DNA of 64,000 bases, from IMG/VR virus record IMGVR_UViG_3300031248_000001. One strand, given 5' to 3'. The notes under the pieces are model-generated. The model did not search any database. It worked only from the letters and a program-made list of their open reading frames with translations, and was not told the DNA's origin. The position numbers and the translations under genes were made by a program. Of this stretch, positions 1 through 9,369 are shown piece after piece. This DNA comes from a virus. Its lineage: Duplodnaviria; Heunggongvirae; Uroviricota; Caudoviricetes. The stretch's first letter is position 1; every line of letters begins with the position of its first letter.

Positions 1-325
1 TCCCCGGATGACGTTGACGCGCATTCTGAAGACGAGTGCTCAGGATCATGTCCGGGCGCTCAACGGGGCTCACTCCCAAGACCTCACCATCGATACAGCA
101 ACGACGCTGACGCCCCCGGCGAACGCAACGGCGCTTATCATCCAGGCGACCATCGCGGCGAAGAACGTGCGGCTGACGCTCGACAGCACCGCACCTACCA
201 CGGCGCTCGGTTTCGTGCTGGTGGCGCTCGATCCGCCGGTCCGCATCCTCATCGCTACCGGGATGACGATCAAGGTCATTGCGGAAACGGCGGGGGCGGC
301 AGTGGATTATCAGTGGGAGACCTAG
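1..325 (+). CDS. C-terminal end of an upstream structural (tail?) protein; partial at window edge
   Basis: Open frame from window start to stop at 325. It is Thr/Ala-rich and beta-like, and lies immediately upstream of the fibre gene. Confidence 0.35.
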   Translation, partial: PRMTLTRILKTSAQDHVRALNGAHSQDLTIDTATTLTPPANATALIIQATIAAKNVRLTLDSTAPTTALGFVLVALDPPVRILIATGMTIKVIAETAGAAVDYQWET

Positions 326-328
326 AGC

Positions 329-1279
329 GTGGCGACTGGTCTTGCGCGTGAATTCGGGGAGCCGTTCATTCGGCGGCGGTTCGCGCCGCCCATCGGTAAC
401 CCTGGCCCTCCTCCTGGCGGGGGCGGCAAGGGCCAGCTGGCTATCGCCGCGCCTACCAGTCTCACCGCCACCACTGTTTCCAGCACGGCGATCAATCTCG
501 CCTGGACAGACAACGCCAGCGGAGAGACGGGGTTCAAGATCGAGCGGAAGGCCGGGGCAGGGTCCTACTCGCAGATCGGCACGGCGGCGGCGAACGCGAC
601 CTCCTACAACGACACGGGCCTGACCGCGAGCACGCTCTACACCTACCGGGTGCGGGCGTATAAGGGTGGGCGGAACGGGGCGTATTCGAACGAGGCGAGT
701 GATACGACGGACGGCGCGACCCTGCTGCAGGACACCTTTACCGACACGGACGCCGACGACCTCATTACCCAACACACGCCCAATGTCGGACCGGGCTGGA
801 CGCGCAACTCGACAACCAGCAGCTGGCTCATTCAGGGGAACCGGGCGCGGGTTACGAAGACCGGCACGGAGCGGGACTTCGCGTGGATGGACAGCGGGGA
901 CGCCGATGTCGTCATCAGTTGCAAAGTCTTTGCTCAGAGCGCATCCAACCTGCCGGGCATCATCGCCCGGCTTTCGGACGATGAGAGCAACTGCTGGATC
1001 ATCCATATTAGTCCCCAGAGCGACACGTTTGCGATCCTGCAGCGGGAAGCGGACGTAAACACCTCGCGGGCCTCGACCTCGGTCACTATCGACATCCAGA
1101 CGCTTTACACCATTGAGGTGACGCTCTCCGGCAGCACGATCACGGCGACGTTGAATGGTGGGAACCAGATCCAGTATGCGAGTGCCACGTTCAACCAGAC
1201 GAGCACGAAGCACGGGATCTCGGACTTCAACGATACGTCCAGCTTCTCGGAGTTTGACGACTTCCTGGTGACCGCGTAA
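329..1279 (+). CDS. fibronectin type III domain-containing tail fibre/structural protein with C-terminal jelly-roll-like domain
   Basis: GTG start. FN3 signature (LTATTVSSTAINLAWTDNASGETGFKIERKAGAGSYSQIG...YTYRVRAY) followed by a beta-rich domain. Sits in the structural block. Confidence 0.6.
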   Translation: MATGLAREFGEPFIRRRFAPPIGNPGPPPGGGGKGQLAIAAPTSLTATTVSSTAINLAWTDNASGETGFKIERKAGAGSYSQIGTAAANATSYNDTGLTASTLYTYRVRAYKGGRNGAYSNEASDTTDGATLLQDTFTDTDADDLITQHTPNVGPGWTRNSTTSSWLIQGNRARVTKTGTERDFAWMDSGDADVVISCKVFAQSASNLPGIIARLSDDESNCWIIHISPQSDTFAILQREADVNTSRASTSVTIDIQTLYTIEVTLSGSTITATLNGGNQIQYASATFNQTSTKHGISDFNDTSSFSEFDDFLVTA

Positions 1280-1812
1280 CTAACCGAATCCTTCCCCACC
1301 CTTCTCCCGTTAGAGTCATATGACTCCCGGTGAGAGGAAATACGCCCTCGTCCTGCTGGCGCTCTTGCTAGCCGTGGCGGCGGCGATCTGGTGGTGGGCG
1401 TTCCGATGATGAGCGTGGAAGCGATGGAACAGGCGCTCGGGCAGGTCTGCGTGGTAGTCGGCGCGGTGATGGCCGTGCTGATCGTGGGGATGCTGGTGTG
1501 CCGGGCGCGGGGGTGGTTGTAGGCGCGACGGCGCTAGTCTTCTTCCCACTGCCGGTAGTGCAGCGTGCCCGGAGTCTCGCGCTCGGCGGAGAACGTCCCT
1601 GGCAAGATGTTGAACACGGCGCCGGGGTTGTCAGGAACGAAGGACAGTTCGGCCACCCAGCGCGGTCCAGGGACGAGGGCGGGGTCCCGAGCGGGCTCGA
1701 AGTCGGGAGCGGACACGGGTTCGGGTAGTTTGTATTCGTCGGCCATGCCTACATTCTAGCACACCGATACTTCGAGGCTCGTCCTGCAGGACGAGCCTTT
1801 TCTTCGTACCCC

Positions 1813-4464
1813 ATGCCTGTAGACGACCTCCTCCGCTCCATCCTCGTGCTTGCCCCTCGGAGGGGCCTGCTCGAAGGAGTAGACCCGACGCTGGACGACT
1901 ACTCGCCTGAATACACGCCCGATGCCTCCAACGTCCGGCTCGTGAACGGGCTGTTTGAGACGCGGCGGGGGATGACGCTCTGGGACCCGGACAGCAACGC
2001 GGGGACCACGACGTTCGGCGTCACGGGCACCCTCACGGGGCTCTGGAACTACTACGAGAGCGACGGTGACCGCTACCGGCTGGTAGCGATTGGCGGGGCG
2101 CTCCGCCAGATGCTTTCCACGGATACGGCCTTCTCGAATGCGACGAACGGGACGGGCCTCGCCTCCTCCTCCCTCTGGAACGGCGTCACGCTCGCCGACT
2201 TCTTCTACTTCACCGACCGGGTAAACTCGTTCAAGCGGTGGAGCCCCTCGGCCGGCGTGGTCGTGGTCGCCCAACCCGCCGCACCTTCCGCCTCCCCGCG
2301 CACCAAGCCGTGGGTGTTCGGCATCCTCGACGGCTGGTCCGGTGTCGATCCGTTCGGGTGGACGGAGAGCGATGCCTCGAACTTCTTCGTGGATGCGGGC
2401 GGCGCTACCGACCCCGACCTCCCCCTCTCCGTCCCCTACAACCAGTCCGCGCTCCGCACCGTGAAGGTGACGGTGGACAGCAGCGGGAGTAAGTCGGACA
2501 CGATCACGAAGAACGCGACCTATACGCTCGGCTCGAACACGATCCACTTCTGGGCGGAGAGCGACAAGGCGAAGACGCTCATCCAGCTTCAGATCGGCGT
2601 GAACATCGAAGGGGAGCAGAGTTTCCCGATAGGGCCGTTCCCCGATATCGATGAGGGGTATCCGTTCTTTGAGCCTATCGGGGACCTCACCGCGATCAAC
2701 TTCCTGCGCTTGCGGTGCCGGAAGACGCCGGGCGCGGATAAGAAGGTCAACTTCTCCCCCCTGACCCTGCCCGGCAAGCTCCAGGGTCTGTACCGCTACG
2801 TCTACACGCATTACGATCCGTCTACCGGGGAAGAGAGCGAACCGAGCGACATCAACGACAGCGGCGTGCCCGTCGATCTGTCCACCATCGGGGTGACGTT
2901 CAAGCCGGAGACGGCGAAGGCCGCTTACAAGTGCGTGATGCTCGACTTCACGAGCGACAGCGGCACGGACGCAGCGACCACGAAGTTCCGGGTGTATCGG
3001 AACGGCGGGGTGCCGTCACTCACGAAGGACAGCCGCGGGCAGGATGTGTGGTTGCGGGTCGCGGAGATCTTCGACTACTCCACCCAGCTCAACGGGGCGG
3101 CATCCGCTGCCGCGACCTCGTTCGTGGTGGACGCGGAAGGCAACATCGCGGCCGGCGACTGGCTGGTGGTGGATAAGGGGACGAGCACCGAGGAGTATGT
3201 GAAGGTCAGCTCCGTGGCTTCGACCACGATCAACTTCACCAGCACCCCGCTCCAGTACGCCCACTCCGACAACGACACGGTACAGATCGCGTGCCTGGAC
3301 AATACGTCGAACCAGGCGCTCGCGGGGTCCGTGAACGTCATCGACCGCGAGCGCGACAACCCGCCCAGCGCGGCGCATTGGGTGGCGAAGGCCCCGGACG
3401 GGCGTATTTGGATCTTCCGTTTCGACGGGAAGAAGATGGGCGTGGCGGTCAGTAACCGGCCCACGGTGGAGCGGCCCTTCGATCACGAAGTCTTCCCGAG
3501 CGGCGTCAACCCCCTGACGCGGGGGCATCCACTGCAGGGCTGGCGGTTCGACGTGGACGGGGACGCGAGCGGGGATGAGATTGTCTGGGGCGGCTTCTTC
3601 AACGGGGTGCCTACGGTCCTGACCCGGAGGGGGCTGTGGCAGATCGACGCTTACTCGCAAGACCAGTGGAGCCCAACCTCGGTCCGCAAGGTGTTGACTG
3701 AAGGCTGCATCGCGGGCGAGACGGTGCAGGTGCTGAACGACCAACTTTATTGGGTCGGGGAGGGGCCGCGGCTCTTGCGCTGGGACGGGCGCGGCGGTGC
3801 CCAGGACCTCTCCTATCTGCGGTTGACCTCGACGCTGAAGAACGCGCCGACCGCCTATTGGGGGCAGTGGGTCGCGCGAGGCCAGAGCGACCACAATGGC
3901 TCCTCTTACTGGCTGTTCATGACGCCGAGCGGGCAGACCACGAATACGAAGGCGCTCCGCTACACGGTGGGGGATGAGACCTGGGAGCCTTACGCCTACG
4001 GGGTGCCGTTCGCCACGGCGCTCGTGTGGGATGGGCCGAGCGACGTAAGAGAAATCTATGCCGCGCATCCCAGCTCCGGCAACGCTTATCGTTTGGAGGT
4101 GCCGTCTCAGGTGACGGACGCGGGCACGGCCATCTCGACCTCGGTGAAGTCGAAGCGGTTCCGGTTCCCCGGCAACGTCATCGGGCAGGTGGAGCGGATC
4201 TGGATACGCGGGCTGGCGGCGTCCGATACCGTGTCCGTGACGGTGACGGTGGGCGGGTCAGAGTATGGGCAGGTGGAGGCCACGTACTCGTCGCTGTCGT
4301 TCTCGGGCTCAAACGATAAGGAGTTGGTGAAGCGGACCGCGTACGGGACGCTGGCGGGCCGCTGGGTGCAGATCACTCTAGCGTCCTCTGCGAGTAACGG
4401 GGTGGCGCCGCGCGAGGTCGGGATTGACTACACCGTGCGCCGGCTGGGGCGGTTGACTATCTAA
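1813..4464 (+). CDS. large tail structural protein (883 aa)
   Basis: Long ORF preceded by a GGAG-type site. Beta-rich with no enzymatic motif recognised; flanked by fibre genes. Confidence 0.5.
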   Translation: MPVDDLLRSILVLAPRRGLLEGVDPTLDDYSPEYTPDASNVRLVNGLFETRRGMTLWDPDSNAGTTTFGVTGTLTGLWNYYESDGDRYRLVAIGGALRQMLSTDTAFSNATNGTGLASSSLWNGVTLADFFYFTDRVNSFKRWSPSAGVVVVAQPAAPSASPRTKPWVFGILDGWSGVDPFGWTESDASNFFVDAGGATDPDLPLSVPYNQSALRTVKVTVDSSGSKSDTITKNATYTLGSNTIHFWAESDKAKTLIQLQIGVNIEGEQSFPIGPFPDIDEGYPFFEPIGDLTAINFLRLRCRKTPGADKKVNFSPLTLPGKLQGLYRYVYTHYDPSTGEESEPSDINDSGVPVDLSTIGVTFKPETAKAAYKCVMLDFTSDSGTDAATTKFRVYRNGGVPSLTKDSRGQDVWLRVAEIFDYSTQLNGAASAAATSFVVDAEGNIAAGDWLVVDKGTSTEEYVKVSSVASTTINFTSTPLQYAHSDNDTVQIACLDNTSNQALAGSVNVIDRERDNPPSAAHWVAKAPDGRIWIFRFDGKKMGVAVSNRPTVERPFDHEVFPSGVNPLTRGHPLQGWRFDVDGDASGDEIVWGGFFNGVPTVLTRRGLWQIDAYSQDQWSPTSVRKVLTEGCIAGETVQVLNDQLYWVGEGPRLLRWDGRGGAQDLSYLRLTSTLKNAPTAYWGQWVARGQSDHNGSSYWLFMTPSGQTTNTKALRYTVGDETWEPYAYGVPFATALVWDGPSDVREIYAAHPSSGNAYRLEVPSQVTDAGTAISTSVKSKRFRFPGNVIGQVERIWIRGLAASDTVSVTVTVGGSEYGQVEATYSSLSFSGSNDKELVKRTAYGTLAGRWVQITLASSASNGVAPREVGIDYTVRRLGRLTI

Positions 4465-4730
4465 GCCGTCTCGTGGCAGTCCTCGCACTCATAGTAGTAG
4501 CCGCCCCACACGCCCTGAAAGTGCATGAAGCCGCCGCACTTCCTGCAAGGGCGGTCGGCATTCCTGCCGCAGCAGTTGGTTATCCGGTTAGGCGAGTGGT
4601 GTTTTGAACCGTCCATTTCGAAGGTGACGATCTCCACTAGCTCGTCGCCCTTCGGGTCATTGACAAAAAGCCGCGACCCGGCAACGCCCTTCTCGAAGAG
4701 TTCGTAAGCTCTGAATTCGGTTTCGCTCAT
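4461..4730 (-). CDS. small Cys-rich zinc-ribbon protein (opposite-strand moron)
   Basis: ATG at 4728-4730. Motif CCGRNADRPCRKCGG...CEDCHE; encoded on the opposite strand inside the tail gene block. Confidence 0.45.
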   Translation of the reverse strand: MSETEFRAYELFEKGVAGSRLFVNDPKGDELVEIVTFEMDGSKHHSPNRITNCCGRNADRPCRKCGGFMHFQGVWGGYYYECEDCHETA

Positions 4731-4744
4731 AGTCTCAGTTTACC

Positions 4745-6067
4745 ATGCCCGAAGGACTAGGCAGATTCCAGAAGAAGCGGCTCGGCAACTCCGACGATCA
4801 GATTCTCTGGAACGCTATCGAACATATCGAGCGGCACCTCTCGCTCCTGCCCGGCACGCCGGCCGTCCAGTTGGACGAGGCGACGGGCGGGGTGAGTTCG
4901 CAGGATGGGACGCCGCTCGATTTCGGGGGTGGCGGAGATAGCGGTGGAGGTGGAGGCGGCGGTGGGTCGCACACGATCCTGTCCCCCACGCACATTGATA
5001 CGGAGCCGGCGGACCTGGTGGCCGGTGACCTGCTCTATGCGAACGCGTCCGCGCTGCTAGAGCGGCTGGGGATAGGGGCCAGCACGCGGGTAGTGAAAAG
5101 TGACGGCTCGCTACCTGCGTGGGGGCAGGTAGCCCACAGCGAGCTTTCCGGTGTCACGGCCGACCAGCACCACAACCAGGCGCACGCACTAGATGGGGCC
5201 GACCACACGCTCTCGGGCGCCGTCGCCGGCCACATCATGGCGGCGACGGCCGCAACTACCTTTGCTTTGCAGGCGCCGGGCACGCAGGTTATCCGGGCGG
5301 GGACGACCGCAGCGCGGCCGGCTGCCACCACCGTGCCCGCCGGCACCCTCTACCTGGCCACGGATGATGACGGGGGGACGCTATTTCGGAGCGACGGCAC
5401 CAACTGGGTGCAGTGCGGGCTGGGGGTGAGCGAGAGTAGCAGCGGGGGCGCCCCGGACAGCGCCAGCTACGTCACCACGGCGGCGGAGAGCGGACTGTCG
5501 AACGAGAAGGTGCTGGGTACGACCGTTATCCAAGCGGGGGTTTATGCAAGCCGTCCTGCGGCGTCCAGTGTCGCGGCTGGAACGCTGTACCTGGATACGA
5601 CCAATCTTCAACTTTACCGCTCGGATGCGTCGGCCTGGGCGAAGTGTGGCGCGCCGGCGCTTTCATCCAGCGTGCTCGCGGCCTTCACCGTCAACGACTT
5701 CAACGGATGGAGTACCAGCTATGCCCTGATGAACAATGCCTGGACGGATGGAGCCTCTCGGAACTACCCCGTCCGGTCTTACGCAGCAGGGTTCCTGGTG
5801 GGGATGAGCGTTCAGCTCAATGGCGATATCGGCGGGGCTGGTGTGAACCTCGACTTCCGGGTGTACGTCAACGGCAGTTTCGTGGGGGAGACGATGCAGT
5901 TAACCGGAGGTGCAGGGACCGAGGACGGCACGCAGTTAGATTGGACGACGGATGTTCCAATCGTCGCAGGCGATGAGGTGCAAGTCTACGCGCAGCGCAC
6001 CGGCACTATCGGGGCTGGAACCCGTGGGACGGTCTACGTCTTCTGGCGATATGGTGGCGGCGAGTAA
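4745..6067 (+). CDS. tail fibre-like protein with Gly-rich segment and internal tandem repeat
   Basis: G-run (GGGGDSGGGGGGGGS). Repeated segments RPAATTVPAGTLYLATDDDGGTLFRSDGTNWVQCG and RPAASSVAAGTLYLDTTNLQLYRSDASAWAKCG. Confidence 0.55.
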   Translation: MPEGLGRFQKKRLGNSDDQILWNAIEHIERHLSLLPGTPAVQLDEATGGVSSQDGTPLDFGGGGDSGGGGGGGGSHTILSPTHIDTEPADLVAGDLLYANASALLERLGIGASTRVVKSDGSLPAWGQVAHSELSGVTADQHHNQAHALDGADHTLSGAVAGHIMAATAATTFALQAPGTQVIRAGTTAARPAATTVPAGTLYLATDDDGGTLFRSDGTNWVQCGLGVSESSSGGAPDSASYVTTAAESGLSNEKVLGTTVIQAGVYASRPAASSVAAGTLYLDTTNLQLYRSDASAWAKCGAPALSSSVLAAFTVNDFNGWSTSYALMNNAWTDGASRNYPVRSYAAGFLVGMSVQLNGDIGGAGVNLDFRVYVNGSFVGETMQLTGGAGTEDGTQLDWTTDVPIVAGDEVQVYAQRTGTIGAGTRGTVYVFWRYGGGE

Positions 6068-6071
6068 GAGA

Positions 6072-6560
6072 TCAGGGCCGCGCCGTTAACACGTAGAAGC
6101 TGTCGTCGTCGCCCCACACCAGCGCGGTGCGCGTCCCGGCAAACGAGCCCGTTCCTGTTGCGCTACGCGGTTTCAGGTTCCCGCCCCGCCAAGCATCACC
6201 TAGACTGACCGTAAGTTGGCCCTCCGCAACTTGCAAGGTCAGGGTGCCGGCGATGACCGGAAGGCCATTGGACTTGATCTTCACGGCGGCGGCGGTTGAC
6301 TCCCACGTACCGACGACCGCGCCAGCGTGGTAGACGCTCCCCGAGTGCGCGCCGTGGTCGCCGATAGACCATCCGAAGGGCGGCGTATCGACCCAGGCGA
6401 GGTCACTTTCTACCCGGCACTCCAACACCGGTTGCGTCGGGTGAGGAAGCGCCAAATGGTTGCCGGGAGTGACGGCGAGTCCGGTTTCGGGCGCGGGCCT
6501 TACGGGCGATCCGGTGACCAGAAGTAAGAGTAAGCCGAAGACTGAATATCGCGCGAGCAT
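6072..6560 (-). CDS. secreted protein with N-terminal signal peptide (opposite-strand moron)
   Basis: ATG at 6558-6560. N-terminus MLARYSVFGLLLLLVTGSPVRPAPE is signal-peptide-like. Encoded opposite to the structural genes. Confidence 0.5.
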   Translation of the reverse strand: MLARYSVFGLLLLLVTGSPVRPAPETGLAVTPGNHLALPHPTQPVLECRVESDLAWVDTPPFGWSIGDHGAHSGSVYHAGAVVGTWESTAAAVKIKSNGLPVIAGTLTLQVAEGQLTVSLGDAWRGGNLKPRSATGTGSFAGTRTALVWGDDDSFYVLTARP

Positions 6561-6633
6561 TGGGTTGGTCCTTTTTATCAGTATGGGTTCTTGTTAGAAG
6601 ACGAACGCAGAAATCCTGCGGGAGGTTACGCAG

Positions 6634-7290
6634 ATGCCTTTCCCTATTAGCGCGGCCCTGGGAGCCGGTGGCGCCCTGTTCGGCGGCCTCTTCGGCGGGT
6701 CCGAGGAACCGTCGCTCAGCCCGCAGCAGGCCTGGGCAGCGAAGTTCCTGAAGCGCTACGCGAAGCGGATGATGCAGGAAGGGAACGCGCCGCCCCTCTC
6801 GCTCCCGCAAGAACTGCTGGGCCTGGCGAACGTGAAGGGGCTCGCGGGCGAACAGATGGGTGGCGACTACCGCAGCCTGCTTTCCGCGCTTGGGGCTCGC
6901 GGCTCGCTCGGGGACAGCAGCGCGGACGCCATCGCCTCGCTCCAGCAGTCGCAGCAGGGCCAGTTGATGAACCTGGACGCGCAGGCGCTGTTCCAATCGC
7001 TGATGTCGCGCCAGGATATGAAGGCGCGCGGTGCGGCGGCGGCCGGGCAGGTGGCCGGGATCACGCCGTCGATGCCGGGCCAACAGGGCCTGGATATGGG
7101 TTCGCTGTTCCAGGCTATCGGGCGGACCTGGGGGTATCAGCAGGGGCGGGGGAGTGCGGGCGGGAGCGCGTTCAGCCCGCCGTCGTCCTCTGTGTCGCAG
7201 GCGCGGCCGTTGACGGGAGGACCGCAAAGGCCGGGGTCGTTCATGGATGATGAGGACTACTTCTCGGACTTCCGCTACGGAGCCTTCTAA
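6634..7290 (+). CDS. hypothetical protein, putative internal virion protein (small)
   Basis: ORF preceded by GGGAGG. Gly/Gln-rich. First of three consecutive genes ending in the giant protein. Confidence 0.45.
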   Translation: MPFPISAALGAGGALFGGLFGGSEEPSLSPQQAWAAKFLKRYAKRMMQEGNAPPLSLPQELLGLANVKGLAGEQMGGDYRSLLSALGARGSLGDSSADAIASLQQSQQGQLMNLDAQALFQSLMSRQDMKARGAAAAGQVAGITPSMPGQQGLDMGSLFQAIGRTWGYQQGRGSAGGSAFSPPSSSVSQARPLTGGPQRPGSFMDDEDYFSDFRYGAF

Positions 7291-9105
7291 ATGAAGCTTC
7301 AGTTCGATCCCAGATCGGCCTTTAGCGCCCTCGTCGGTCTCTATGTCGGCACCTCGCAGGGCAAGCAAGAGTTCCGCCACGAGCGCCGGCAGGAAGACGA
7401 CCAGGCGTTCCGCGACTCGCTCCTGCTCGGGCGACTGGAGGACGAGCAGTTCGAGCGGGAGGCGGAACCGTATCGGCTCGCCGCGAGTGCGCCCGGCCAG
7501 ACCCCGGAGAGTATGCAGCAGACCTTCAAGGCGTATCAGGAGATGCAGGCGAGGCGGCCGCCCTCGGCGTCGTTGAAGGCCGCGCAGGGCGTGTTTCAGA
7601 AGCGGTATCCGGGGATGCCGTTTCCGACCGGCACGCCACCCATGGCTCCGGCGGCGGGTCAGGGCGCCCCCCTCCCCCAATTCCGAAACCCCGGCGAGGA
7701 AGAGGCGCGGGAATCGCTCTTGCTCGACTTGCGGGGGACGATCCGCAACCTGATCGACAACGGGGATGAGGCCGGGGCGCAGAAGGCGCGGGCGGTAGGG
7801 GTGCGGCTGTCCAAGCGCGAGATCACGCCGGAGCAGGCGATAGCGGAGTTGGGGACGGTGGAGCAGCAGGGACGCGTGACGGCTTCCCAGGACCGGACGC
7901 TGGAGACTGGCTTCGCGCGGCTGCAGAAGCTGCACGATGAGCAGCGGATCAAGGGCGAGGCGCTGCCGCAGGCGAAGCGCGTGCTGGCCGCCTACGCATC
8001 CGCGCCTCCGTCTGGGACCGAGCGCCGCGCCTATCTCCAGCACCTGCGGGACGAGGAGTTGGCGGGGCTGGAGTCGTCCGACTACCTGCAGATGAGCCCG
8101 GACGACCAGCAGCGGATGGAGCTGGCGAAGAGCTACGCGCAGTCGCGGGTGATGAACACGTATGAGGGGCTGCTGCGTGAGATCCCGAAGACGAAGAATG
8201 TGGCGTCCGCGCGGGACCTGGCGGGCCGGCTGTGGGCGCGGGCGAATTCCGAAGAGGGCAAGGCAGCCGGCCTCGTCGTCCCCGAAGACCTGAACCCGCT
8301 CCCCATCTACGGCGGCGAGACGCCCGAAGAGATCGACGCGCGCATCCACGCGGGGTTGGCTTCGCGGATCGAGGACACGGAAGCGAACCGAAAGGACCGC
8401 GAACGGCTGCTGACGGGCGGCGTGCGGTTCCTCGAACGGCTGCTGATGAGCGGGAAGCTCGCGGAGAAGGACCTGACGCCGGTGTTGGGGCGGCTGGAGC
8501 AGTTGTACGGCGAGGCGGGGGTGGACCTGAAGCTGCCGAAGATCAAGATCGGGGCGCTGTCCGAGGCGCAGCAGGAACAGGTGCGACAGTTCAACCGCCG
8601 GTTCATGCAGCAGGAGGCGCAGCAGAAGATCAGCCAGGGTCATCTGGAGTTGGCGCGGACGCGGGAGGCGCGGGAGCGGCAGAAGTTCGCGCTGGAGAAG
8701 CAGAGCGGGAAGTACGCCAAGAGCGCGGCGGGCGGGAAGTTGTCGGATCGGGATGAGAAGCGGTTGGCGGAGGCGCAGAAGGCGCGGAGCACGGCAGTCC
8801 GCCTTATTGACAGTATCAATCGCAAATTATTCATCGAACCAACCGACGAGACCACAAAGACCGCCGCTGAGAAGCAGTTGAAGGACGCGCAGGCGACCAT
8901 CGATGCGATTGTGGGGCCGCTGGGGGCCGAAGCGCCGCCTCCGCCGACCGGAAAGCCGGATCAGGTCCAGAAGTCCAACTATGAACGGGGGCTCGCGGCG
9001 CTCCGCGAACTGAACCAGCGTCTCCCGGCCAACAAGCAGCTGACAGAGCAACAGATGGAAGCACAGGCCCGGTCCGCTTACCCGAACACGGCCCCGAAGC
9101 GCTAG
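7291..9105 (+). CDS. coiled-coil protein, putative internal virion/ejection protein (604 aa)
   Basis: Start is adjacent to the previous stop. Highly charged, E/R/K/Q-rich coiled-coil-like sequence. Confidence 0.5.
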   Translation: MKLQFDPRSAFSALVGLYVGTSQGKQEFRHERRQEDDQAFRDSLLLGRLEDEQFEREAEPYRLAASAPGQTPESMQQTFKAYQEMQARRPPSASLKAAQGVFQKRYPGMPFPTGTPPMAPAAGQGAPLPQFRNPGEEEARESLLLDLRGTIRNLIDNGDEAGAQKARAVGVRLSKREITPEQAIAELGTVEQQGRVTASQDRTLETGFARLQKLHDEQRIKGEALPQAKRVLAAYASAPPSGTERRAYLQHLRDEELAGLESSDYLQMSPDDQQRMELAKSYAQSRVMNTYEGLLREIPKTKNVASARDLAGRLWARANSEEGKAAGLVVPEDLNPLPIYGGETPEEIDARIHAGLASRIEDTEANRKDRERLLTGGVRFLERLLMSGKLAEKDLTPVLGRLEQLYGEAGVDLKLPKIKIGALSEAQQEQVRQFNRRFMQQEAQQKISQGHLELARTREARERQKFALEKQSGKYAKSAAGGKLSDRDEKRLAEAQKARSTAVRLIDSINRKLFIEPTDETTKTAAEKQLKDAQATIDAIVGPLGAEAPPPPTGKPDQVQKSNYERGLAALRELNQRLPANKQLTEQQMEAQARSAYPNTAPKR

Positions 9106-9317
9106 GGTTCTTCGGGAACCGGCGCAGGGGGTGTTCGCGGCGGGAGCGGCTCCGTGATGTCCTGAAAACCGCGTGGGTGGTAGAGCCGCACATCCCCCGT
9201 CTTTGTGTCCAATCGGTAGATGATGGCCTCTGTGCTACCCGGAACGACTTGGTAGCGTGGTGCTTCTTGGCATCCCGCTAGTATTCCAAGCCCGAGAAGT
9301 AGTAGCAGTGATTTCAT
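9102..9317 (-). CDS. small lipoprotein (signal peptide + lipobox LAGC), candidate superinfection-exclusion moron
   Basis: ATG at 9315-9317 (MKSLLLLLGLGILAGC...), 72 aa. Encoded opposite strand between the structural genes. Confidence 0.5.
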   Translation of the reverse strand: MKSLLLLLGLGILAGCQEAPRYQVVPGSTEAIIYRLDTKTGDVRLYHPRGFQDITEPLPPRTPPAPVPEEP

Positions 9318-9369
9318 GGTCAGACTCTTCACGCATCCTCTAACGCGGATTCCTGCGCTGTAGATACGA

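Noticed and set aside
1756-4068. Minus-strand ORFs 1756-2811 and 3016-4068 opposite the 883-aa tail gene
   Set aside because: Shadow ORFs with R/P/G-rich junk translation.
6403-8643. 746-aa minus-strand ORF antisense to the 6634 and 7291 genes
   Set aside because: Arg/Leu/Pro-rich shadow ORF typical of high-GC antisense frames. The plus-strand genes have coherent composition and coupling.
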